From Paramoeba atlantica (taxonomy: Eukaryota > Protista > Discosea), in contig CDRNVI010000088.1 in NCBI GenBank assembly GCA_977017575.1, forward strand, positions 84,728 through 148,727: 64,000 nt of DNA, given 5' to 3'. The position numbers were made by a program, and so were the translations under genes. The notes under the pieces are model-generated. The model saw only the letters and a program-made list of their open reading frames with translations, was not told where the DNA came from and ran no database searches. Below are positions 1 through 9,799 of the stretch, in pieces (the first letter of the stretch is position 1; every line of letters starts with the position of its first letter).

Positions 1-854
1 GGTTCAATAAGCCTCATAAAGCTGAGCTCCGAATCAGATCTTGGATCCAAGGGTTGATATATCTTTTTGTACTCCTTTGTTCGCCGCTCCAGTTCATTAG
101 CAATATCATCCAGCTCATTAGTAGAATAAGTTTCCAAGTCAACGTTGCGTAGAAGATTCTGACGTTGCTCAAATAAGCTTTCAGTCACACATTCAATAAA
201 AACAATGCACTCCTTCGGGTAGTCATGAAACACATTCATTATAGCTTCACGTCTTTCGCTCGTCACGTTCGCTGAATCAATGATTGCAACCCCCGATGGC
301 ATACCTTCTATCCATTTTAAGGCGCATTCTGCTGCTATGAGGGCTACGCGATCTCGGTCTCGCTTCTGCTTTGCGTCCCCGATTCTGAACTCATCGTAGA
401 GTTCACCAAACAAGTCGCGTCTGATCTGTGACGTGCTAAAAATCTTTGCTGGTATACCCTTCCAACACAGCCACCGGGCAATGCGGCGGCAGGTAAAAGA
501 TTTTCCCTGAGCAGGAAGTCCAACCATTACGATGATTAAAAAGTTTTCCTCGGTAATACACAGTGCATTGTCCGTCAAAAGCCGTTCAGATGAGGAAGAT
601 ATCGGCTTCTCCGTTCCTTTTAGTTGCGCTCTTTCTTGAGCTTCGGAGATCCCAGGAAAAGAGGATCCATTTTTACCCATCTTCACCGATCTATGAGACT
701 TGCCAAGTCGCGGGTCGCGTGCTTCATCAGAAAAAACAGAAACATCGTACTCTTCACCCCATTCACAATCAAGACTAATCTTGCGCCGGGGTGTCCACGG
801 GGCATTTTCGTCGTAGTCATCTCCTTTACATGCTTCACAATTATTTTCCGTCAT
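1..854 (-). CDS. PFKFB: 6-phosphofructo-2-kinase/fructose-2,6-bisphosphatase, N-terminal part (runs off the left edge; absent from the ORF track)
   Basis: Manual translation from the ATG at 854: MTENNCEACK...FLIIVMVGLPAQGKSFTCRRIARWLCWKG (PFK2 Walker A), open to position 1 (...DPRSDSELSFMRLIE). Confidence 0.88.
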   Translation of the reverse strand, partial: MTENNCEACKGDDYDENAPWTPRRKISLDCEWGEEYDVSVFSDEARDPRLGKSHRSVKMGKNGSSFPGISEAQERAQLKGTEKPISSSSERLLTDNALCITEENFLIIVMVGLPAQGKSFTCRRIARWLCWKGIPAKIFSTSQIRRDLFGELYDEFRIGDAKQKRDRDRVALIAAECALKWIEGMPSGVAIIDSANVTSERREAIMNVFHDYPKECIVFIECVTESLFEQRQNLLRNVDLETYSTNELDDIANELERRTKEYKKIYQPLDPRSDSELSFMRLIE

Positions 855-1217
855 AGTGACTTCACGACACTGAGATCCTTAATAATGAGATAAGCGCAAA
901 GTAACCGTAAAAGTTAATAAATACAGACAATGAATTTTTGTAGATTTCCCGTCCCACGGAATAGAGAGATAATTGATCCACCATGTAGTTTTTAAGTAAA
1001 ATTGCTGAAAAATAAAAAGGAGAGCACGATATACGAAGTGAAAAATCAAAACTTTGTGAAATAATATGAAATATCATTGCCGCACGGAGCAACAGCACTT
1101 TTTGCTCGTAGTGAAATAATTAGGTCGTTTCAAATGACGCTACAAAGCTAATCTCACTTTACAAAAGCGTAGAGAACTTTGCAAACATGATTTTGAACGG
1201 GCTCAACTCGGAGTTGC

Positions 1218-2672
1218 CTATTTTACTAGATTCCTTCTTTTAGCCCCACTCTTGTTTGACTTCCTCAGTTGCTTTTTCTCCGATGAACTCATTTCATTCA
1301 GAGATATTCCGAGGTGACGAGATGGTTTCGGCTGGTAGAGATCCTGAGGGAGAGCTTCACTCGGAAGAGTAGATCGCCCTTCGATGCTTACTGCCCCTGT
1401 TCCCTTCACCGCCCGAATTCGTGCATCGTGAGCCTCATCCAAGACAGGTTTCGGAGTGAAATAGAAATTTGAGAGAGCATCCAGATGTCCAGAAACATCT
1501 TTCCATAGTTCGATCGCTTTGAGTTCATCTTTTTCTTGCTGAGAAAGTTCATGCGCCGTTTCGGTAGAATTTTGTTGCATAGTTGCCTGTAGCTTTTCCA
1601 TATACTCTTTTTCATAAAGATCAACAAGACTAAATTTACTTCGCTCCCCAATGGCTTCCTCTCTTGAATTAGTAGGCTGTAGATCAGAGGCTTTACTAAA
1701 TATCTCACGACGTTGCACATCGTCAAAATTTTGATTCTTAACTCTATTTTTTATGCGCTCTTCTAAGTTAAACACCATTTCTGTCGTAATCCGAGGAGCC
1801 TCCTTCAATGCATAATCGATTTCCAGATGTTCGTGAAGAAGCGCATCTTTCGGTCGTTGTGCAACAGTTACCTCTCCTTGTAAACGCCAAGGTCTCTTTT
1901 CCAGTAACGTTTTTTCACCTTCTTTTACGTCGTTTTCTAATGAACGTTGTATTTCTTGGTATTTCGTTAAAACCTTATCCACGTCCTTGGCCACATCAGC
2001 AATATCACCCAAGACATCCAAATCTCCCACTTCGCCATCCGCATCGTCATCTGTTCCGTAGAATGCGTGTCGAGCTTCTTCCAGGTCATCGGAGTCGTGT
2101 GCGGATCCTCCACTTAAGCTCTTAGATGTCCCGCTGGATTCCTCTGAGTCATCTGAGTGAAAATCATTTTCGCTCGCATATTTTGACTTTTGGTTGTCGC
2201 GTAAGATAACGGAGTCTCTTTGTTCGTCTTTATCGCTACCTTTATTTTTAGTTTTGGAGAATTTTTGCAGCAATTTTTCCATTTCTATTGATTCCTTGTT
2301 GATTTGTTTATTTTTATCCTTGCTTAATTCAATATTTTTCACTTCCGGATACGCGCTTTGTTCATCTTGCTCTTTAAGGTTTTCGTCAGGGTCAATATGT
2401 CGCTCTGTTTTGCTATTTTGAGTACAAACATTTTCTGACTCTTTAAGCTGCGCCCAGATTTCATCAAGGTCGCAATCAGCATCTATAATGAGCTGTGATG
2501 TTTTTCGGGAAACTTCGTAACGGTTGAGTGCATTGAATATTTCGGATACTGATTCCCGAAAAACGGAGGAAACTTTACGTGGTATGGTTTCCTCTATACG
2601 TTGAACTTCTAGATCAAGAATTGCTGCAGGTGATGCAAGGGGCAAGTTCCTTACATTACGTAGAGGAATCAT
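1218..2672 (-). CDS. MPP10: U3 snoRNP protein Mpp10
   Basis: LLEKRPWRLQGEVTVAQRPKDALLHEHLEID, APRITTEMVFNLEERIKNRVKNQNFDDV, LDALSNFYFTPKP; acidic middle. First ATG at 2672 (the track start is non-ATG). Confidence 0.9.
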   Translation of the reverse strand: MIPLRNVRNLPLASPAAILDLEVQRIEETIPRKVSSVFRESVSEIFNALNRYEVSRKTSQLIIDADCDLDEIWAQLKESENVCTQNSKTERHIDPDENLKEQDEQSAYPEVKNIELSKDKNKQINKESIEMEKLLQKFSKTKNKGSDKDEQRDSVILRDNQKSKYASENDFHSDDSEESSGTSKSLSGGSAHDSDDLEEARHAFYGTDDDADGEVGDLDVLGDIADVAKDVDKVLTKYQEIQRSLENDVKEGEKTLLEKRPWRLQGEVTVAQRPKDALLHEHLEIDYALKEAPRITTEMVFNLEERIKNRVKNQNFDDVQRREIFSKASDLQPTNSREEAIGERSKFSLVDLYEKEYMEKLQATMQQNSTETAHELSQQEKDELKAIELWKDVSGHLDALSNFYFTPKPVLDEAHDARIRAVKGTGAVSIEGRSTLPSEALPQDLYQPKPSRHLGISLNEMSSSEKKQLRKSNKSGAKRRNLVK

Positions 2673-2848
2673 TAATACTGTTTTTAAAACAGAAATAAAA
2701 TATTTATTGAAGACGATATTTTCGAGGTAGAACAAGTTAACGTACAGACTAACTGCTCCAGCTTACCCTGGATACAAATGTCCGCTTGCATCCACTTGGA
2801 GAGTTATCGTAGAATAATATCTGCATCTTACTTCATGAGCGGAAATCT

Positions 2849-4231
2849 CTAGTTATATCGTAGTGAAGTGTATGATAGCCAACGTGCCAAAACCCGTTCA
2901 CTTGTTTCTTTTTGAAGAATTCGTTTAACGATCTCATCCTCAAAAAGTTTGCTTTCGTCGGTTTCTCCATCAAAGTGAATCACCATTTTATCGCAATTGT
3001 TTCCTTCAAGTTTTATTCTCTCCAATTTTGAGTTGTATCTGTCGAAACTTAAGGATCTTAGGAATAAGCCGTTTGCGGGAAGCATCGGAATGTCATGCGC
3101 AAAGTCTTTCCGCAAGAGTGTTGACAGGTATTCCTCGTTCAGATCTTCGTTTATTATGCAAAGCACAGCAGATACCATCTTTCGAATCTGATTTAACATA
3201 AAACTTTGGCCGGAAATTCGAACGAGGAGACATTCATGCGATTTGCCCTCACCAAGTGAGACTCGAGAAATTGTACTCTCAGAAATATATCGCATACAAC
3301 TTGGATCATCGCTTGCTTTTTTCGGAGTAAAATTGTGAAAAGAGTTAGTTCCCAAAAATACACCTAGAAGACGTTGAGCCTTGCTAAGCAATGCCCTAAA
3401 CTCACTAGACTCTCTCTCCTGGTCTATTATCTCTTCTATTGGCATGTTGAATAACTCTTCTATGTGGTCAAAATGCTTTGGCTGCAGCCGCAATATGCGT
3501 TTAATATACATGTGTGCTTCTGCATTTCTCGAGCAAGAAGATGTGCTACTTTTCTGTACTTCTGTTTGTCCTTCACCCTTCGGCTTATCAACAATGTTTT
3601 TCTTAATACAAACTTCGGTTTCAATATTTTCGGAAGGAGAATCTATAGCTTCATGATCTGCTGTGCTACAAAGAGCTATTATTCTTTTGGAGAAATCCTT
3701 TTTACGATGCTTACCCAACAGAGCGTACGTAGGTAGAATGTAACAATAGGTACGAGAAGTACAATCCTCGTAACTGTTGAAAGAATTTGTTACAGGAATA
3801 GATGAAAATACACGAATGTCGGGTGGGAGGTGAGGTGCCAGAAAAGTAGGAATGCTTTCGATATTACTCTCGGTGGGTAGTTGTACCTTTAAGCTTATGA
3901 CATTTTGAAGGGCATGTACCCCTTTGTCGGTTCGTGACGCACGCTTCCATGAGTTCTTGTTTTGCCAGTCTCCGTTTTGATTCTCTAGGGAAAACAGACG
4001 AGCTTTACACAGGGACTGAAATAACGTATCCTCAACGGTGGGGAAGAGTTTATTACACATGGCCGCGGAACCATGATAAGCATCGCCACAATATCCGAAA
4101 TGAAGAGCAATCTTATGCTTACGTAGCTTTTGCTTGAACTCCAATATTTCCGCACTCGATTGATGCGTATCTTGGAGTTCTTCTGACGTTCCTTCCACCA
4201 GTTCATTTCGTTCTATCATTTCGTTCAACAA
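2849..4231 (-). CDS. PUS1: tRNA pseudouridine synthase, TruA/Pus1 family
   Basis: KIALHFGYCG, RASRTDKGVHA (catalytic Asp), SRTYCYILP, GTNSFHNFT, GQSFMLNQIRKMV. Confidence 0.93.
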   Translation of the reverse strand: MLNEMIERNELVEGTSEELQDTHQSSAEILEFKQKLRKHKIALHFGYCGDAYHGSAAMCNKLFPTVEDTLFQSLCKARLFSLENQNGDWQNKNSWKRASRTDKGVHALQNVISLKVQLPTESNIESIPTFLAPHLPPDIRVFSSIPVTNSFNSYEDCTSRTYCYILPTYALLGKHRKKDFSKRIIALCSTADHEAIDSPSENIETEVCIKKNIVDKPKGEGQTEVQKSSTSSCSRNAEAHMYIKRILRLQPKHFDHIEELFNMPIEEIIDQERESSEFRALLSKAQRLLGVFLGTNSFHNFTPKKASDDPSCMRYISESTISRVSLGEGKSHECLLVRISGQSFMLNQIRKMVSAVLCIINEDLNEEYLSTLLRKDFAHDIPMLPANGLFLRSLSFDRYNSKLERIKLEGNNCDKMVIHFDGETDESKLFEDEIVKRILQKETSERVLARWLSYTSLRYN

Positions 4232-4527
4232 GCACAGGGTTTACGCCAGGGAAAGAAAAAATACATTAACCTGAAAAGGAATTTAAATCCAACTATAAAA
4301 AAAGTTCCCTCGACCTTACAATTTCTATCACTTGTGCGAGCTTGGAAATTCACACTTCAATTCATTTCACTTCCTTCAAAATCATGCACACTAACACTTT
4401 AATAATGTCATATACAATGTAACGCTTTGACATTTTCGTACATCCCCCCACAACGGCCCGCCTTTTATCTTTTTTCCGTTCGAGTAAGAAACTTCAAGAG
4501 AGAAATAACGGAAGAATAATATTTCGT

Positions 4528-4626
4528 GAAGAATTGTAAAGCTACGCTTGACCAGGAAAACTTTCCCCATATTTGGAGGAAGAATTGTAAAGCTACGCTT
4601 GACCAGGAAAACTTTCCCCATATTTG
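4528..4626. repeat. Two identical 48-bp direct repeats, 51-bp period
   Basis: gaagaattgtaaagctacgcttgaccaggaaaactttccccatatttg at 4528-4575 and 4579-4626. Confidence 0.95.
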
Positions 4627-4649
4627 CCCCAAACGAAAGCGCAAAGCCC

Positions 4650-6272
4650 CTATTCGACCTTTCCAAGAAAATACAAACTACCGCCCATCACTGCCACAGC
4701 AGCAAGACTCTTACGAAAATACAAACACTCGGAAAGAACCCTCACAAACCACGAACACGGCGGCGGTTTCCCTTCCTTTTCAAAAGGAATTGGCACATGC
4801 AGCCCCTCGAGCACGTCCAGGGCGCTGGTGACGGCTTGCTCCAGCAGCGTGGCGCCCCCGGGCACCGCGTAGCTCCCGCAGAACCACAACCCGTGCCTTC
4901 CCTGGACCCGAGGCAACACGTCCCGCAGCACACTCTCGGAGTGCAACGACACCAGCGCACGCGTGAAACGGATGTCGGCTAAAACCGTATGGGAGGGGAG
5001 CGCAGAACCGCAAAATTTGGATTCTAATGTCTTCTGTTGTTCACGGCTGGTTTCGCTCTCTACAGTGTGAAATAAATCACCTGGGGAAGGGGGGGAATTT
5101 AACGCGTTGCTGCTTTCGTCAAAAGGAAGTGGGTTCCAGGTTTGATAGCACGATAATGTGCCGGGAGGGGGGTGGAGGATTTTATCGCATCGAATGGTAC
5201 ACTCACTGGTGGAGCGAGCTGTTCGAGATTTCGGCAGACGAATCCGCACGTTGGTGTCAAAATTTGTTGCGTGCTCTACGGTACTGTCCGCAGAATGGAT
5301 ACAACCATTGGAAGAAAACGTTCGGAAAGCTAAGAAAGGGTCATAAACGGTTGGAAAAGAGCGACACAGGAGTTTATGTGCCGTAGTCCCATCGGTTGCC
5401 AAAACTACAGCATCGAATGACTTCGTGGATCCACTGCCCAGTCGAATGCCCAGTCTCCTGCAAATATTATCGGATGAATTGGGTTTGCCGTCTTCATTTA
5501 CGAAGATTTCCATAATTTCTTGTCCTAAATGAACTTGAGAATCAGGAACTCGTTCCATCAGTCTTTCTCTTACGTAGCGCATCCCATGCTTAGCTCGTTT
5601 CCAGGAGGTGAAGACCGCAGTACTTCCACTGAGCATGTAGTGTGCAATATTTTCTGCTGGGTAAGCTCTTACAGCATCAAATGAACATGACAAAACAACA
5701 GAAAGAGCGCCCAGTAAAAATTTCTCATAGAATACGTATGAGAATCCTCTGGATCTCATATCTGTTTCAAGGGAAATATGCTTCAATCTACCACGACGCA
5801 ACAGAGCAGGGGTGAGTGTCAAGTAACGTGTAAGATCCCAGGTAATTTGCCATCCTGCAGCTGTAGAAAGAGATTTCAATCCCAATGGAGCTGAAAAGAA
5901 ATTTGAGTATTCCCAAAGCGCGGTTTCGTCATCTTCCTCGTAAAGAGAAAACGAATAATCTACGTCTCGCAACTCAATGCCCAAATGTTTGTACATGGAG
6001 AGAAGATTATTGTAGTAGTGAGAGGACACTGCACGAAGTGGAGTATCAATGTTTGTTTTATCGGTGGAAGGCTTTATAGAGCTCGTGTCCTTTGTCGGAT
6101 ACGGAATACAATGTTGATCAAGCCCAATAGCCTCCGAACTTTCAAACAGATGAGCCTCGTGAGAACCCTGATTGAGAAAATGCATTACTGTGAGCCCCGC
6201 AAGCCCACTACCTATCACAGCAATGCGAGAATTAGAAGGGAGTTTGGGCTGAGGCGTATCCGGAAGCACCAT
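4650..6272 (-). CDS. FAD/NAD-binding oxidoreductase (amine-oxidase-like, COG2907 type)
   Basis: RIAVIGSGLAGL Rossmann motif; IDTPLRAV...YNNLLSMYKHLGIELRDVDYSFS and GLWFCGSY match the family. Likely ATG at 6272. Confidence 0.8.
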   Translation of the reverse strand: MVLPDTPQPKLPSNSRIAVIGSGLAGLTVMHFLNQGSHEAHLFESSEAIGLDQHCIPYPTKDTSSIKPSTDKTNIDTPLRAVSSHYYNNLLSMYKHLGIELRDVDYSFSLYEEDDETALWEYSNFFSAPLGLKSLSTAAGWQITWDLTRYLTLTPALLRRGRLKHISLETDMRSRGFSYVFYEKFLLGALSVVLSCSFDAVRAYPAENIAHYMLSGSTAVFTSWKRAKHGMRYVRERLMERVPDSQVHLGQEIMEIFVNEDGKPNSSDNICRRLGIRLGSGSTKSFDAVVLATDGTTAHKLLCRSFPTVYDPFLAFRTFSSNGCIHSADSTVEHATNFDTNVRIRLPKSRTARSTSECTIRCDKILHPPPGTLSCYQTWNPLPFDESSNALNSPPSPGDLFHTVESETSREQQKTLESKFCGSALPSHTVLADIRFTRALVSLHSESVLRDVLPRVQGRHGLWFCGSYAVPGGATLLEQAVTSALDVLEGLHVPIPFEKEGKPPPCSWFVRVLSECLYFRKSLAAVAVMGGSLYFLGKVE

Positions 6273-6676
6273 AAAAGAAATATTAGGACAGTACCCGAAA
6301 CCTGATACGCGAAAATAGAATTTGTAAATAGAATGTAAATCGATACACCGCACAATGTACATCGCTATGGAACTCTACGTACTTCTTAATGGCTGGCATT
6401 AAATTGAAAAAAAAATCATGGTGACCGGGAAAATGGGCTTGATGTAAAACTCATTGGAATTCAAAGCAAGTAATTTTTGAGAGATACGTTGGATATGAAG
6501 AAGTACAATGTGAAAACGAGTAAACTAAACATCTACTGGATATTAATAGCGAAAAAGTAAAGTCCAAAAATAATCTATGCTTCTCGCGTCTGCCGCAAGA
6601 AACGTTTATAAACGCTTATGAAACTAAAGTAGGTATTAGCAGTGAACATGTACACGAGACTATCAAAAGAACGGCG

Positions 6677-8869
6677 CTATGCCTGGATAGGACAACAAAC
6701 GGGAAATGTATTTGAATTGCTGCTTTCGCTGTCAGTTAGTGTTTCAGATAAAAATACTGAACTCACCTCACGGGTGGCGCCAGGCGTCGGCAGCGCCTTC
6801 TCCGATTCGTCTCGCGCCACTACTTGCGGATAGTCCTTCATAACTTTCTCAGAATTCCGCAGCACTTCGTCGCATCTGTGTAGAATAGAAGCAACTGTGG
6901 GACGTGGACACCGGATACTCGAACTTGTCGGCTTGTTGGTTGAATATGTTGCGGAAACTGTTGAAGGAAGCGTATCTGTAGAACCGGAAACTTGTGGGGA
7001 GCGTTCTTTGCTTTGAGAAGACGCTTCCACTACGGATGGAGCCTTACTTAGGACAGGAAGTAGTCGTTCCCGGAGCTCTCGCCTCTTTGTCTCTAATAAA
7101 AGGAACTCAATCTCACTAACAGTTTGAAGGAAGGAGAGTTGTGAGAGAGATGTGTCTCCGGTCATTTGCCGGCGGTCGCTCCCCTGGGCAAGCAGGTCAG
7201 ATCTGCGTTTCGGAAAAATTTCCCGACACATGAGCTCCTGGGCTGTTGGTCTTTTTGTTGGATCTGGATGAATCAAACTAAAAATGAGGACGACGAGATC
7301 GACAGAATATTTTTTTGTTGCAGCTAGCGTTCGTTTTACTAAGTCGGTGGTACGCAGTGCAGTATGCTCTTCTCCATTCTTGGGTAGAAGTGTGCCACTC
7401 ATTAATTCATACATACACATGCCAAGCGCAAAAATATCACCACTCATGTAGAACATGCGCTCATTGAGCATATCGAGGGCAATGTATCGTGCGTCGCCGT
7501 CTTCCTGAGAAAAGAATGCCTCTGTATTTTCGCGCGAAGACCATATGTGCTGATGATTGTGAGAGAGTTCGTACTGCCTATACGATATCGGATGACCCGT
7601 GGTGGCGTCTAAAAATACGGCATGACCGAAGTCACCCAATTTAAGTCGCCCAGCTTCATCGTACAACACGTTTTCAAGCTTCAAGTCACCATGGGCAATC
7701 TGCTGCGAGTGGCATGTGTGGAGTGCAAGGGTAAGCTGACCCAGAATATCCAGTGCCTCGATTTCATCGGGAGGGGTCCGTGTGCGAGCTCGTCTTCCCA
7801 AACTTCCCCCGGGGCACAGCTCCATGAGGATGTACATCGTCTGCTGCGAGGGGTCGCCCTCCGCCCAGGTGTGGTGGAGTCGGACCACGTGAGGCCCACG
7901 ACAGGCGATTCCCATGGCGCGTACCTCCATAAGTTTGCGTGTTCGGTCACTTGAACCACAGAGAGCCTCACAGACTTGTTTCACAGCAAAGCGCTGGGCA
8001 TCGAATTTGCGCTCCACGATATACACCTTACCAAAGGAACCGGAACCAACCATTTCGATTTCATGAAAATCGGCATGATACCCATGGTAGAGCGCTGAAC
8101 CGAATTGGGTTTGAGAGAACCCCTGGGAGAATCCCTCATTTTGCGAGGGCAGGATTCCTTGGCTTAACGCCGCAGGGGGGAGCGGGAGCGACTCCTGAGA
8201 TCCCTCATCCATTTGGAGTCCTTGTATTCGGTGAAAAGCTAACTTATTTTCGCTTCTCGTGCGTTTGCTTTTGAAAGGATCAAAGGACGGGGGTTTATTC
8301 GGTTTTCTAGGCACTGCGGAAGCCGGGAAAGACTTTCGCGGTGTGGGGGGAAGTGCGATGGTATCGCGATGTGGCGTTTGCCATGCAATCGAGGTCGGGG
8401 CCCCAAAGGTCGGACGCGGCCCTACAGGTGTGACGGGCGCAGGAAGGGCGTAGGAGTCCAATGAGGCTTCAAAATCTCCCATATCAAGCGCCCCGGAGGT
8501 TCTCCCTCTCGAGGAACGGAATTGAGAGAGCAGGGGGCGGGACATACTATCTTGAGTGGAGAACCCCTTTGGACGACCTGTGAATCGTGAGGATTGTGAC
8601 CGCGAAAAGGGGAAGGAGGCTGAGGTCTCCGCGTAGGTAAAATGTGGCGTGTGAGGTGGAGAACAGGACTCGCCTCGGTCTTGTGGTGATCCGCTGATGT
8701 CTTGGGAGGAGTGCGTACGGCGTAGTGTGTGCTCTCGCTGAGAACCTACGTGAACTATTGAAAAGTCTTGCGAAAGCGGAGTGCCATTGCCTGATTTACG
8801 AACCACTTGATGTGCAGTAACTGGAGGAGACAAGGGAGCAGCGTTTGCTGAATTTTCGGCGTGGAGCAT
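6677..8869 (-). CDS. WEE1: Wee1/Myt1-like protein kinase
   Basis: GSGSFGKV, FAVK, HGDLKLENVL, LGDFG, EDGDARYIA (Wee1-type activation segment), long disordered N-terminus. First ATG at 8869. Confidence 0.85.
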   Translation of the reverse strand: MLHAENSANAAPLSPPVTAHQVVRKSGNGTPLSQDFSIVHVGSQREHTLRRTHSSQDISGSPQDRGESCSPPHTPHFTYAETSASFPFSRSQSSRFTGRPKGFSTQDSMSRPLLSQFRSSRGRTSGALDMGDFEASLDSYALPAPVTPVGPRPTFGAPTSIAWQTPHRDTIALPPTPRKSFPASAVPRKPNKPPSFDPFKSKRTRSENKLAFHRIQGLQMDEGSQESLPLPPAALSQGILPSQNEGFSQGFSQTQFGSALYHGYHADFHEIEMVGSGSFGKVYIVERKFDAQRFAVKQVCEALCGSSDRTRKLMEVRAMGIACRGPHVVRLHHTWAEGDPSQQTMYILMELCPGGSLGRRARTRTPPDEIEALDILGQLTLALHTCHSQQIAHGDLKLENVLYDEAGRLKLGDFGHAVFLDATTGHPISYRQYELSHNHQHIWSSRENTEAFFSQEDGDARYIALDMLNERMFYMSGDIFALGMCMYELMSGTLLPKNGEEHTALRTTDLVKRTLAATKKYSVDLVVLIFSLIHPDPTKRPTAQELMCREIFPKRRSDLLAQGSDRRQMTGDTSLSQLSFLQTVSEIEFLLLETKRRELRERLLPVLSKAPSVVEASSQSKERSPQVSGSTDTLPSTVSATYSTNKPTSSSIRCPRPTVASILHRCDEVLRNSEKVMKDYPQVVARDESEKALPTPGATREVSSVFLSETLTDSESSNSNTFPVCCPIQA

Positions 8870-9194
8870 AATAACAAGTAACAAAAAAGATTGAAAACGC
8901 TGGGCTAGGAAAAACAGACAATATTATGCAGAGTGTGCGTACAAGTACACGTAGGTAAACCAATTTTAGGAGATGTCAATATAGTGATTCCCTTACTGCA
9001 TGAACCCACGTTAGCGTGAACCAAAATCCGTTTCTGCTCATATTAACGCTGTCTGCTAATTAATCTCATATTAGTACTATACTCATGGTGTACTACACAT
9101 AAAATATTTCATGACCTAGTATGTACACACTGTAAGTATTGATATCATTCACAATGCTTCCTACGGTAATCGCAAACGTAATCATAAAAGTGTT

Positions 9195-9422
9195 TTATTT
9201 CTTCTCAGGTTTCACAGAAGCGTGAACAATTTTGAGTCTACTTCTGTCAGCTCGTGGAATTTTTCCTGCCAAGTCACTCTCTACCGCAGACCGCATTGTT
9301 CGCTGCAGCTTACCTCTTAGCGTAGTTTTTGAACTTACCCTCTTTTTAGCACCGGCATGCGTACTTTTTTTCTTTGCAGACTTTTCAGGCTTCCGACGAA
9401 GCTTATGATTTCCTTGAGACAT
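9195..9422 (-). CDS. Small basic protein, UPF0390/C19orf53-like
   Basis: MSQGNHKLRRKP start, Lys/Arg-rich, KLQRTMRSAVESDLAGK resembles the UPF0390 pattern (MAQG...IEHDVVMKA). Confidence 0.65.
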   Translation of the reverse strand: MSQGNHKLRRKPEKSAKKKSTHAGAKKRVSSKTTLRGKLQRTMRSAVESDLAGKIPRADRSRLKIVHASVKPEKK

Positions 9423-9799
9423 GTTTTAGTAGTGAGAAATACTTTAAAATGAAGTACAAAGCGTTGATTCTATGAAAATCAAACCTCGAGCTAAGTGAGT
9501 TCTAAAGTTTTGGGTTCCGCATAACCTGATGCGCGAGAAAGAGTCTTGGTCAGTTTACTTGTGCAGGAAGTAGCTGGTAAGAACACGAAATGCACCAATA
9601 CTCTTTTCTGTCCGTAAACAATAAAATCATTTAAAAGCGCTCCTTCTACAATAAAAAAACCGTAAAAAGGAGTGAATTACGAACTGAACTATGAACCGAA
9701 AAACAATGTTCATTTTCTGTCTTGAGACTATAAACTGAAAAACACTTTCTAACCTTTTTTCTCTACCAAAATGAGATGTCTGTTTGAATCAGAAATTCA

